From contig CAJWNO010000004.1 of NCBI GenBank assembly GCA_913044115.1, positions 1 to 40,857 on the forward strand: a DNA stretch of 40,857 bases, written 5' to 3'. This document shows, one piece after another, positions 31,530 to 39,931 of this stretch (positions are counted from its first letter, which is position 1; every line of letters starts with the position of its first letter). This stretch comes from an uncultured Gammaproteobacteria bacterium (GTDB taxonomy: Bacteria > Pseudomonadota > Gammaproteobacteria > Magnimaribacterales > TMED112). The translations under genes were made by a program, and so were the position numbers. The notes under the pieces are model-generated. The model had not been told where the DNA came from and searched no databases. It worked only from the letters and a program-made list of their open reading frames with translations.

Positions 31530-32833
31530 ATTTTCTCAGGATAATCCAAAACGAGATAAGTGAGTGCTTTCACCCCCTCATCTAAAGCTGAATCATCAAC
31601 ATAAAAGTATGGTGAGTGATTACCAGCAACATTTGTCCTTTCACCAAAATTAGCTGATTGGCCTTCACCTGGTTTGTTAATACCTAACCAAAAATATAGG
31701 CCGGGAATTTCTTGAGAAAAGTAAGAAAAATCTTCTGCTCCTGTCACAGGTGTATTTGATTCATAAAATTTACCTGGTGATGCTTGCTTTAAAGAATCAC
31801 TCATTTTTTCTACTAGTTCTGGATTATTAACAGTAACTGGATAGAAACCGCCAACATCAAATTCCACTTTAATTTCTGTGCCGGTGCCTAGTGCAACACC
31901 TTCGGCTATCTGTTCTATTTCATCGTAAATTTCTTTTCTGAGAACTGGGTCAAATGTCCTAATTGTGCCCATTATCATCGATTCTTCTGGAATAATATTA
32001 TTTCTTGTGCCTGCTTCTACAAGGCCGACAGAAAGTACCGCAGGATTATTGATGATATTAATTCTTCTACTAACAATTGTATTTAGAGATTCAATAAGTT
32101 GCGCAGTTGCCATGATTGGATCAATACCTGACCAAGGAGTAGAGCCATGAGTCTGAACACCTTTAACTGTAATTCTATATGCTGATGCAGCTGCCATTGC
32201 TGGACCAGATTTAACTGATAAAACACCATTTGGAATATTAGTAACATGCAATCCAAATATTACTTCAGGGTCATATCTTTCAAATATTCCCTCTTGCAAC
32301 ATCATTTTTGCACCACCTCCCTCATCTTCAGGAGGACCTTCTTCTGCTGGCTGAAAAATAAGCATTACATTCCCTTTTAATTCCGCTTTGTTCTTTGCAA
32401 GAAATTCTGCAACACCCATCAAGATGGCAACGTGAGCATCATGACCACATGCGTGCATCACTCCTACATCATTGCCTAGATATTGAGTTCTGACTTTTGA
32501 GGCAAAAGGAAGTCCAGTTTTCTCTTCAACTGGCAAAGCATCCATATCAGCTCTTAGTGCAATGGTTGGCCCAGGCTTACCTCCCTCAATAAGACCAACT
32601 ACTCCAGTGTATGCAATCCCTGACTCAACTTTTATTCCGAGACTCTCAAGGTGAACTTTAACTTTATTAGATGTTCGAAATTCTCTATTGCCAAGTTCTG
32701 GATATTGATGAATATCATGCCTCCATTCAATAACCTTAGGCATTAGTGTTTCAAGCTCTTCATCAAGTGATGCTTTCAAATCAGCTTGAGAGTAGAAAGT
32801 TATAGCAACCAGAATTAATAAGAATTTTTTCAT
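31526..32833 (-). CDS. M20D (Acy1/hippuricase-like) amidohydrolase with signal peptide
   Basis: HQYPELG, LRADMDALP, MHACGHDAH, FQPAEE, GAEDFS, HSPYF; N-terminus MKKFLLILVAITFYSQA. Confidence 0.93.
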   Translation of the reverse strand: MKKFLLILVAITFYSQADLKASLDEELETLMPKVIEWRHDIHQYPELGNREFRTSNKVKVHLESLGIKVESGIAYTGVVGLIEGGKPGPTIALRADMDALPVEEKTGLPFASKVRTQYLGNDVGVMHACGHDAHVAILMGVAEFLAKNKAELKGNVMLIFQPAEEGPPEDEGGGAKMMLQEGIFERYDPEVIFGLHVTNIPNGVLSVKSGPAMAAASAYRITVKGVQTHGSTPWSGIDPIMATAQLIESLNTIVSRRINIINNPAVLSVGLVEAGTRNNIIPEESMIMGTIRTFDPVLRKEIYDEIEQIAEGVALGTGTEIKVEFDVGGFYPVTVNNPELVEKMSDSLKQASPGKFYESNTPVTGAEDFSYFSQEIPGLYFWLGINKPGEGQSANFGERTNVAGNHSPYFYVDDSALDEGVKALTYLVLDYPEKI

Positions 32834-32839
32834 ATCTAA

Positions 32840-32868
32840 ACTATAATACTTGCTTAAATGAACTTCAA
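32840..32868 (-). promoter_or_regulatory. Candidate leaderless promoter of the M20 amidohydrolase gene
   Basis: TTGAAG (32868-32863), 17 nt, TATAGT (32845-32840), 6 nt, ATG (32833); no SD. Confidence 0.6.
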
Positions 32869-32870
32869 AG

Positions 32871-33065
32871 ATGGTTACATTAATAGAACAACATAAAAGA
32901 CCAAACCCTCAAACTGGAGAACCGTTTGAACAAGGTTTCACTGATGAAAATGGGAGAGTATTCTTTTCATATGTGAACAAGATTGGCAATGATGGTTGGT
33001 ACTTAGAGGAGTGGAAGAAGGACATGCAGTCTTATTTAGAAAAAAAATCTAGGATTGAACAATGA
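32871..33065 (+). CDS. Hypothetical protein, 64 aa
   Basis: Protein-like composition, ATGA overlap with the next gene, TATAAT at 32842-32847 upstream, fills the gap. Confidence 0.7.
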   Translation: MVTLIEQHKRPNPQTGEPFEQGFTDENGRVFFSYVNKIGNDGWYLEEWKKDMQSYLEKKSRIEQ

Positions 33066-33472
33066 GTCTGAGACCATTTCATCTTGCTATACCTGTTAGT
33101 TCAATTGATCAAGCAAAAGATTTCTATGGGGATAAGCTTGGGTTCGAACAAGGGAGATCAGATGACCATTGGGTTGATTATAATTTTTTTGGACATCAAT
33201 TAGTTTGTCATATTGGAGATTCAGTTACAGCCTCCAATGAGGTTGATGGAAAAGATGTACCAATTCCACATTTTGGTATCGTGCTTGAATGGAATCAGTT
33301 TGATATATTTGCCAATAACCTGAAAGAGCAGGCCATAAAATTCATAATAGAACCGTACCTTAGATTTGAAGGATTGCCAGGAGAACAGAAAACAATGTTT
33401 TTTAAGGATCCTTTTGGTAATGCACTAGAATTCAAATCATTTAGAAACGATAACGAAATTTTTAACAAGTAA
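33062..33472 (+). CDS. VOC family (glyoxalase/extradiol dioxygenase-like) protein
   Basis: FHLAIPV, FFGHQLVCH, VPIPHFG, EPYLRF.G.PGEQ.TMFF.DPFGNALEFK. Confidence 0.92.
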   Translation: MSLRPFHLAIPVSSIDQAKDFYGDKLGFEQGRSDDHWVDYNFFGHQLVCHIGDSVTASNEVDGKDVPIPHFGIVLEWNQFDIFANNLKEQAIKFIIEPYLRFEGLPGEQKTMFFKDPFGNALEFKSFRNDNEIFNK

Positions 33473-33476
33473 TAAT

Positions 33477-34943
33477 TTGTCTTTTATACCAACAATTACA
33501 GAATTTCATACCAAAGCACTTAGTGATTACGGTATTGATGATGCCTGGCCTGAGGCAGTGCTTAAAGCAACAAAGATTGCTAAAGATCAATTAACTGAAG
33601 AGAAAGATTATCTAGAACAATTTCCTTTTGTAACTATTGATGGTGAAGATGCTAAAGATTTTGATGATGCAATTTTTTGTACTTTCAATGATGCAGGCTT
33701 CCATTTAAAAGTTGCAATTGCTGACGTTTCTTTTTTTGTTAAAGAAGATTCGCCATTAGATAAAGAGGCAGCAAAAAGAACAACCTCAGTTTATATGCCC
33801 AAAAAAGTTGTACCGATGCTTCCCGAACGCCTTTCCAATGAATTATGTTCTTTACAACCCGATAAACGGAGGAGATGTCTTTGTGTGGAAATTAATTTCG
33901 ACAAAGAAGGACATATTACAAACTATAAATTTCACAGGGGAGTTATTAAATCTGTTGCAAGGTTAACCTATAGCGAAGTTGAAGCACAGCTATTGAATGG
34001 GCTAAAAGACACGAAGTACAAAGAATCCCTTGAAGCATCTTTTGCCTTATTTAATAAACTAATTTTAAACAAGGGTTATAGAGGTGCTTTAGATTTTTCA
34101 ATTAATGAGCCCTTTCTTAAACTAAACAAAGTTGGTGCAATTGAAAATATTGAAAACAGAAAAAGACTGAATGCTCATAAACTAATAGAAGAATTCATGT
34201 TGGCTGCTAATATCTCTGCTGCTGACTTTTTAAGCCATCACGCAGAACAAGGCATTTATCGAATACATGAGCATCCAGAATCATTGAAAGTTGAAAGACT
34301 TTCTCAAGTATTAAGGAATAGAGGAATAAATTGGAAAGGAGATAGAGAAGACATTGATAATCTTGCGCCATTTATAAACAAGCTTAACAAAAGAGAAGAT
34401 GCATCAATACTTAATATGCTTATCCTTCAGTCTATGCAAAGAGCAGAATACAGCACAGTTAATAAGGGGCATTTTGGCTTAAAATTTGATAGGTATACAC
34501 ACTTCACCTCACCAATTAGAAGATATCCAGATTTATTAGTTCATAGACTTATCATCGCTACACTGACCAAAAAGGATTTCAATTTTGATGGCTTGCAGCT
34601 TACTCTAGAAGACTGCTCCATCAAAGAAAAATCTGCAGAGTTTGCATCAAAACAAGTAATTCAAAACCTAATATGCACATACGTTAAAGAGTTTTCAGGC
34701 AAAAATTTTTCTGGCTATGTTACGGGCGTAAAAGATTTTGGTTTATTCGTTGAAATGCCTGAGCTATTTACAAGTGGTTTGTTGCATGTGAATGATTTAC
34801 CCAATGATTTTTATAGATACAACGCAAGGCATAACTGTCTGGAAGGGAAACGAAGGGGAAATAAATTCTCACTAGGCGATCGTATCGATGTTTACATAGG
34901 CGACGTTAAAGAACTAGAAGGAAAGATTTCATTATATTATTAG
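33477..34943 (+). CDS. rnr: RNase R-like exoribonuclease reduced to RNB + S1 domains (TTG start)
   Basis: TIDGEDAKDFDDAI, VAIADVS, LIEEFMLAAN, HFGL..YTHFTSPIRRYPDLLVHR, S1 GYVTGVKDFGLFVE; immediately upstream of rlmB. Confidence 0.9.
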   Translation: MSFIPTITEFHTKALSDYGIDDAWPEAVLKATKIAKDQLTEEKDYLEQFPFVTIDGEDAKDFDDAIFCTFNDAGFHLKVAIADVSFFVKEDSPLDKEAAKRTTSVYMPKKVVPMLPERLSNELCSLQPDKRRRCLCVEINFDKEGHITNYKFHRGVIKSVARLTYSEVEAQLLNGLKDTKYKESLEASFALFNKLILNKGYRGALDFSINEPFLKLNKVGAIENIENRKRLNAHKLIEEFMLAANISAADFLSHHAEQGIYRIHEHPESLKVERLSQVLRNRGINWKGDREDIDNLAPFINKLNKREDASILNMLILQSMQRAEYSTVNKGHFGLKFDRYTHFTSPIRRYPDLLVHRLIIATLTKKDFNFDGLQLTLEDCSIKEKSAEFASKQVIQNLICTYVKEFSGKNFSGYVTGVKDFGLFVEMPELFTSGLLHVNDLPNDFYRYNARHNCLEGKRRGNKFSLGDRIDVYIGDVKELEGKISLYY

Positions 34944-34946
34944 ATC

Positions 34947-35621
34947 ATGAATGTTGAGATAAAAAATATCCATACAATTAAATCACTTATAAAAAACCAT
35001 AGAGAAAAAGTAATATCTATTACAGGCAATGCAGAAAATATGAAAGCTCAAGAGGTTCTTGAAATTGCTCATAAAGAAGGAGTGAAGATATACCCCAAAA
35101 ACACAAAAATTACTGCTCTTTGTAAATCACCAAATGTAAAAGATCTTAAAAGCTCAGGCTATGAACTTGGAAATTTAGTTCTAATTCTTGATGAGGTTCA
35201 AGACACAAGAAACCTTGGATCATGTTTACGCAGTGCTTCATTTTTTGGTGTTGATGCCGTCATAATTCCAAAAAATAATTCTGCTGATTATGCTAATACA
35301 GCTGTTATAGAAACCTCAACAGGTGGGGTTTATGATCTCAATCTCTACAAAGCTACTAACATTACTAATGCTATAAAAGAATTGAAAAACAATGAATATT
35401 GGATTTCAGGTTTTTCTGAACATGCTGATTCAGAAATTGAATCAAAAGATTTTTCTGGAAAAAATGCAATCATATTTGGCAATGAAGAAAGAGGAATACG
35501 TTCTTTAGTAGAAAAAAATTGTGATGAGACACTCAAGATTACACAGAAAGGTAAAGTATCATCTTTAAATGTCTCAATAGCAGTTTCAATTGGGCTGCAT
35601 AATATTAGCAATAAACTGTGA
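34947..35621 (+). CDS. rlmB: 23S rRNA Gm2251 methyltransferase (TrmH/SPOUT family)
   Basis: LILDEVQDTRNLGSCLRSA, IFGNEERGI, SSLNVSIA; rnr-rlmB synteny. Confidence 0.85.
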   Translation: MNVEIKNIHTIKSLIKNHREKVISITGNAENMKAQEVLEIAHKEGVKIYPKNTKITALCKSPNVKDLKSSGYELGNLVLILDEVQDTRNLGSCLRSASFFGVDAVIIPKNNSADYANTAVIETSTGGVYDLNLYKATNITNAIKELKNNEYWISGFSEHADSEIESKDFSGKNAIIFGNEERGIRSLVEKNCDETLKITQKGKVSSLNVSIAVSIGLHNISNKL

Positions 35622-35659
35622 TATTAAATTATCTTTTAATACACTAAAATATCTAACCT

Positions 35660-36574
35660 ATGCTTGCTCAAAGAACAATAAGAAATAAAACATCTGCTAC
35701 AGGTGTAGGCCTTCATACAGGAAAAAAAGCAACTTTAACCTTGCATCCGGCAGACCCTAATACAGGAATTCTTTTTAGGCGAAAAGATGGCGACAAGGTC
35801 GTGGAAATACCTGCTCAGGCAAACTTTGTTGGAGATACAACCTTATCAACTACTTTAGAACACGATGGTGCAGAAATAGCTACTATAGAACACCTCATGT
35901 CAGCATTGGCAGGTATTGGTGTAGACAATTGCATTATAGATTGTGATGGTCCGGAAATTCCTATTATGGAGGGCAGTTCAACACGTTTTGTTTTCCTTAT
36001 TCAAGCAGCTGGAATTGTTGAACAAAGCGCGGTAAAGAAGTTCATTTATGTAACAAAGTCTGTACAAGTACAGAGGGATGATGCAGTCGCAAAAATAAAA
36101 CCCTACGAAGGTTTTAGGGTATCGTTTGGTCTAGAATTCGACCATCCTGTTTATAAAAAATATCCTCAGACGGCTTCGATAGATTTCTCTCAGACATCTT
36201 TTATTAGGCAAGTAAGTAGAGCAAGGACTTTTGGAGTTTATAGCGAGCTGGAAATGCTAAAAAAGAATAATAGAGCACTTGGAGCAAATCTTGATAATGC
36301 TATAGGTATAGGAGATGAAGATGTGCTAAATGATGGCGGCCTCAGATTTGCTGATGAATTTGTAAAACATAAAATGTTGGATGCCATTGGGGACTTATAC
36401 TTACTTGGCCATAACCTAATTGGAGAGTTTTATGGCTTTAAATCAGGCCATGCTTTAAATAATCAATTGTTGAAAAAGATTGAAAGCGAAAATGCTTATA
36501 AAATAATTGAAATTGATGAAATTAAAGACGCTCCTATAAATTACTTAAAACCAGTTGCAGAAGAATTAGCATAA
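35660..36574 (+). CDS. lpxC: UDP-3-O-acyl-N-acetylglucosamine deacetylase
   Basis: QRTI...GVGLHTG, TIEHLMSAL, ARTFG, EFVKHKMLDAIGDL, KSGHALN. Confidence 0.98.
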   Translation: MLAQRTIRNKTSATGVGLHTGKKATLTLHPADPNTGILFRRKDGDKVVEIPAQANFVGDTTLSTTLEHDGAEIATIEHLMSALAGIGVDNCIIDCDGPEIPIMEGSSTRFVFLIQAAGIVEQSAVKKFIYVTKSVQVQRDDAVAKIKPYEGFRVSFGLEFDHPVYKKYPQTASIDFSQTSFIRQVSRARTFGVYSELEMLKKNNRALGANLDNAIGIGDEDVLNDGGLRFADEFVKHKMLDAIGDLYLLGHNLIGEFYGFKSGHALNNQLLKKIESENAYKIIEIDEIKDAPINYLKPVAEELA

Positions 36575-39066
36575 TGATTGAGTTCCTAGGAAAAATTTTT
36601 AAATCTTCAAACCAAAGACGTGTTGATGGCTATGCCAAAGTTGTAAAGAAAATCAATGAGCTGGAAGAAGATGTGGCAAAGCTTTCAGCTGAAGAATTCA
36701 AAGATTTCAATCGTGAAAAAAATATTGATGATGAAAAGCTTATAAATGTATTTGCAGCAGTAAGAGAAGCATCCAAAAGAACAATAGGGTTACGGCATTA
36801 CGACTGTCAGATGATTGGGGGTCTTGTTCTCAACGGCGGCAACATTACGGAAATGAAAACAGGTGAAGGTAAAACTCTTGTTGCCACTCTGCCTGCAGTA
36901 TTTAACGCTTTATCAGGAAAGAAGGTTTATGTAGTTACTGTAAATGATTACTTGGCTGAACGGGATGCTAATTGGATGCGGCCAATTTATGAATATTTTG
37001 GCCTTACAGTAGGTGCTCTGACTTCCGCTCAAGATTTTAAAGACAAACAAGAAACTTATGAGTGCAATATTATTTACTGTACTAGTAGCGAACTAGGTTT
37101 TGACTATTTAAGGGATAATATGGTGCTATTCAAGCATCAGAAAACACAGAAAGATCTCAATTTTGCAATTGTTGACGAAGTTGATTCAATATTAATTGAT
37201 GAAGCAAGAACACCGTTAATAATTTCTGGTGCAACCGATGATGATGCTTCTGCATACCCAGTTTTTCTTAAACTTTTGCCAAATTTAAGCAGACAAATGA
37301 GAGAGGGAACAGAAGAAGATCCTCTTAAGGACGAAGAGAGAGGAGACTTCCTTATAGATGAAAAATTAAGATCAGTAGAATTAACAGACGATGGATTTGA
37401 AAAGGTCGAAAACTTTTTAGTAAATCGTAATTTAATTAAGCCAGACGAGAGTTTATATACAACAAACAACTTAAAATTTTTAAAATATGTGCAAGCTACA
37501 CTTAAAGCTAACCTTCTATTCGAAAAAAATGTGCACTACATGGTTGAGAACAATAAAGTTGTTCTAATTGATGACAATACAGGACGTAAATTACCTGGCA
37601 GAAGAGTATCAGAAGGTGTTATGCAAGCATTGGAATGCAAAGAAAGAGTTCCAATTCAACAAGAAACTCAGACTTTAGCTTCTACTACATATCAAAACTT
37701 CTTCAGACTTTTTGACAAGATTTCTGGTATGACTGGAACAGCAGATACAGAGGCAGCAGAATTTAAAGAAATTTACGGGATGGATGTCGTAGTTTTACCA
37801 ACTAATAAAGACATGATAAGACAAGATATGAATGATACGGTTTACGTAAATGAATCAGATAAATTCAATGCATTAGTAAAAGAAATAAAGGAAATTCACA
37901 GTAAATCAGCACCCATTCTTGTAGGAACTGCCTCAATAGAAAGTTCTGAAAAATTATCAAACAGATTAAAGAAAGAAGGCATTAGACACCAAGTGCTTAA
38001 TGCTAAATTCCATGAAAAAGAGGCAATGATAATTGCTGAAGCAGGCAGACCGGGCGCAATAACAATTGCAACAAATATGGCAGGTAGAGGAACAGATATC
38101 GTTCTAGGTGGAAAGCAAGAAGATAACGATAAAGATTGGGAAGACAAGCATAAACAGGTTATTGAAGCTGGTGGATTACATGTAATCGGCACTGAAAGAC
38201 ACGAGTCTCGAAGAATTGATAATCAGCTACGAGGAAGATCAGGCAGACAAGGTGATCCAGGATATTCAAGATTTTTTCTATCACTTGATGATACGGTTTT
38301 GAGACTATTTATTGATGACAACAGAAAACAATTATTTTCGAGGTTGAGTGATGGGATGGATGATAGCAGCATTGAGCACCCCTTATTAAATGGAGCAATA
38401 GCCAATGCTCAGAAAAAAATAGAAAATCGAAATTTTGAAATACGAAAACAGATTCTTGAATACGATGATGTATCCAACGATCAGAGACTAACAATTTATA
38501 AGCTTAGAGATTATTTTCTTGAAGAAAACGATTCTGAAACACTTATCTTTGAGTATTTAGATAATTTTCTTGAAAAAACAGCTGATAAAGTTCTGCCTGA
38601 AGATCAAATATCTAACTGGAAATTTGATAACTTAGATAAGACTCTTACCCAGTCGTTAGGTGTGAGCCCTGACTTTAATTTACTTGATAGAGATAATTTA
38701 ACTTTTGGGAAAGTAATGGATTATTTAAATGATTTTTACCAAAAATTTTACTTTGAGAAATTTGGCCCTCTTAAGGAGAGAAAACCTGAGTTAGAAAGAC
38801 AAATATCTATTCAAGTTATGGATGCTGCATGGAAGAGACACCTACAAAACATTGATTCTCTCAGAGGTAATATTGGTTTAAGAGCATACGCTCAAAGGAA
38901 TCCTATCAATGAGTTTAAGAAAGAGTCATTTTACTTATTCGATTCTATGATTGAATCATTTAAAGACGATATAGTTAAAATTCTATTTAATATAAAAATT
39001 CAAACTATGAGTCCAAAAGAGTTTGAAGAGCATAAAAAGCGCAGAGAGCAGAATAAAGCAAATTAA
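36574..39066 (+). CDS. secA: Preprotein translocase ATPase SecA lacking the C-terminal Zn-binding tail
   Basis: EMKTGEGKTL, IVDEVDSILIDEARTPLIISG, ATNMAGRGTDI, HESRRIDNQLRGRSGRQGDPG; 830 aa. Confidence 0.99.
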   Translation: MIEFLGKIFKSSNQRRVDGYAKVVKKINELEEDVAKLSAEEFKDFNREKNIDDEKLINVFAAVREASKRTIGLRHYDCQMIGGLVLNGGNITEMKTGEGKTLVATLPAVFNALSGKKVYVVTVNDYLAERDANWMRPIYEYFGLTVGALTSAQDFKDKQETYECNIIYCTSSELGFDYLRDNMVLFKHQKTQKDLNFAIVDEVDSILIDEARTPLIISGATDDDASAYPVFLKLLPNLSRQMREGTEEDPLKDEERGDFLIDEKLRSVELTDDGFEKVENFLVNRNLIKPDESLYTTNNLKFLKYVQATLKANLLFEKNVHYMVENNKVVLIDDNTGRKLPGRRVSEGVMQALECKERVPIQQETQTLASTTYQNFFRLFDKISGMTGTADTEAAEFKEIYGMDVVVLPTNKDMIRQDMNDTVYVNESDKFNALVKEIKEIHSKSAPILVGTASIESSEKLSNRLKKEGIRHQVLNAKFHEKEAMIIAEAGRPGAITIATNMAGRGTDIVLGGKQEDNDKDWEDKHKQVIEAGGLHVIGTERHESRRIDNQLRGRSGRQGDPGYSRFFLSLDDTVLRLFIDDNRKQLFSRLSDGMDDSSIEHPLLNGAIANAQKKIENRNFEIRKQILEYDDVSNDQRLTIYKLRDYFLEENDSETLIFEYLDNFLEKTADKVLPEDQISNWKFDNLDKTLTQSLGVSPDFNLLDRDNLTFGKVMDYLNDFYQKFYFEKFGPLKERKPELERQISIQVMDAAWKRHLQNIDSLRGNIGLRAYAQRNPINEFKKESFYLFDSMIESFKDDIVKILFNIKIQTMSPKEFEEHKKRREQNKAN

Positions 39067-39227
39067 TCTTCTTTAGGTTCTTCAAAAGTCTCAATTGCGA
39101 CTTCTTCATTTGCCCATCGCAAAAAATCTATGCTTTTGCATGTCTTTGAGCAAAAGGGCTTAAACCTAGAATCTATCTCGACTATTTTTTTGCAGTTTGG
39201 ACAGGTGATGTTTATTTTATTTGTCAT
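39063..39227 (-). CDS. yacG: DNA gyrase inhibitor YacG, 54 aa
   Basis: Not in ORF track. MTNKINITCPNCKKIVEIDSRFKPFCSKTCKSIDFLRWANEEVAIETFEEPKED: CPxC...PFCSxxC..ID...W..E signature; directly downstream of coaE. Confidence 0.93.
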   Translation of the reverse strand: MTNKINITCPNCKKIVEIDSRFKPFCSKTCKSIDFLRWANEEVAIETFEEPKED

Positions 39228-39807
39228 TAAAAAGCTTGTTGTATAGGTTGTAATAAAAATCTAACTTGTTGTTAAGTTCATCAATAGTTCCGTCGTTAAT
39301 AATTAGATCTGTAGCATAATTTATTCTGTCATTTGAGCTAATTTGAGCATTTAAAATTCCTTCAGCAATTTTAAAATTAATTGAATCTCTTTCTTTAATT
39401 CTTTGAATTTGCAAATATTTTGGAGCATCAATGACTAATACTCGTTCAAATTTATTTTGGTCGTTCCAAAGTGGAGCACTATAAATACTCCATTTAGATT
39501 TAACATTATTAAAAGCATTCATCGTTGTTTCTCTAATTAAAGGGTGCATTAAATCCTCTAACCATTGTTTTTCACTCTCTTGACTGAAAGCTATCTCTCT
39601 AAGTTTTTTGCGATCTATCTCATCACCAGCTCCAAGTATGTCTTTTCCATATCTTTTTACTATTTCAAGATAACCAGCCTGACCTTTTTTTTGTAAATTT
39701 CTAGAAATTTCATCGGCATCAACAACATCAATGCCTTTTTTAGAGAAAAAATCAGTAGCAGTTGTCTTACCGGATGCAATACCACCTGTTAAGCCTAGTA
39801 CGAACAT
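39217..39807 (-). CDS. coaE: Dephospho-CoA kinase (start 39807; upstream in-frame ATG at 39831 possible)
   Basis: LGLTGGIASGKTT P-loop, VVDAD, IDRKKLREIAF, LMHPLIR, IINDG. Confidence 0.96.
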   Translation of the reverse strand: MFVLGLTGGIASGKTTATDFFSKKGIDVVDADEISRNLQKKGQAGYLEIVKRYGKDILGAGDEIDRKKLREIAFSQESEKQWLEDLMHPLIRETTMNAFNNVKSKWSIYSAPLWNDQNKFERVLVIDAPKYLQIQRIKERDSINFKIAEGILNAQISSNDRINYATDLIINDGTIDELNNKLDFYYNLYNKLFNDK

Positions 39808-39866
39808 ATTATTAATCTTTATAAACCTCATAAGTATTATAGCGATTTTTTTAAAACCTATTTTTG

Positions 39867-39895
39867 TAGACCTTGACTAGCTAAATACTTACAAT
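39867..39895 (+). promoter_or_regulatory. Candidate promoter for the 292-aa gene
   Basis: TAGACC, 17 nt, TACAAT; strong SD AGGGGGAG before the ATG at 39932. Confidence 0.5.
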
Positions 39896-39931
39896 GAAGT
39901 AACAGATTAATTTAAAAAAGGGGAGATTTTA

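Noticed and set aside
29046-33472. Possible tRNA-anchored integrative element or genomic island
   Set aside because: No integrase or transposase, no duplicated tRNA 3' end seen, and no obvious composition shift by eye.
29287-38494. Short antisense ORFs within msrA, the 242-aa gene, the M20 gene, rlmB and secA
   Set aside because: Fully nested opposite well-supported genes; shadow ORFs.
39063-39227. Cys4 ORF next to the secA end as a split-off SEC-C domain
   Set aside because: It is on the opposite strand, and its CPxC...PFCSxxC..ID..W pattern and position after coaE identify it as YacG.
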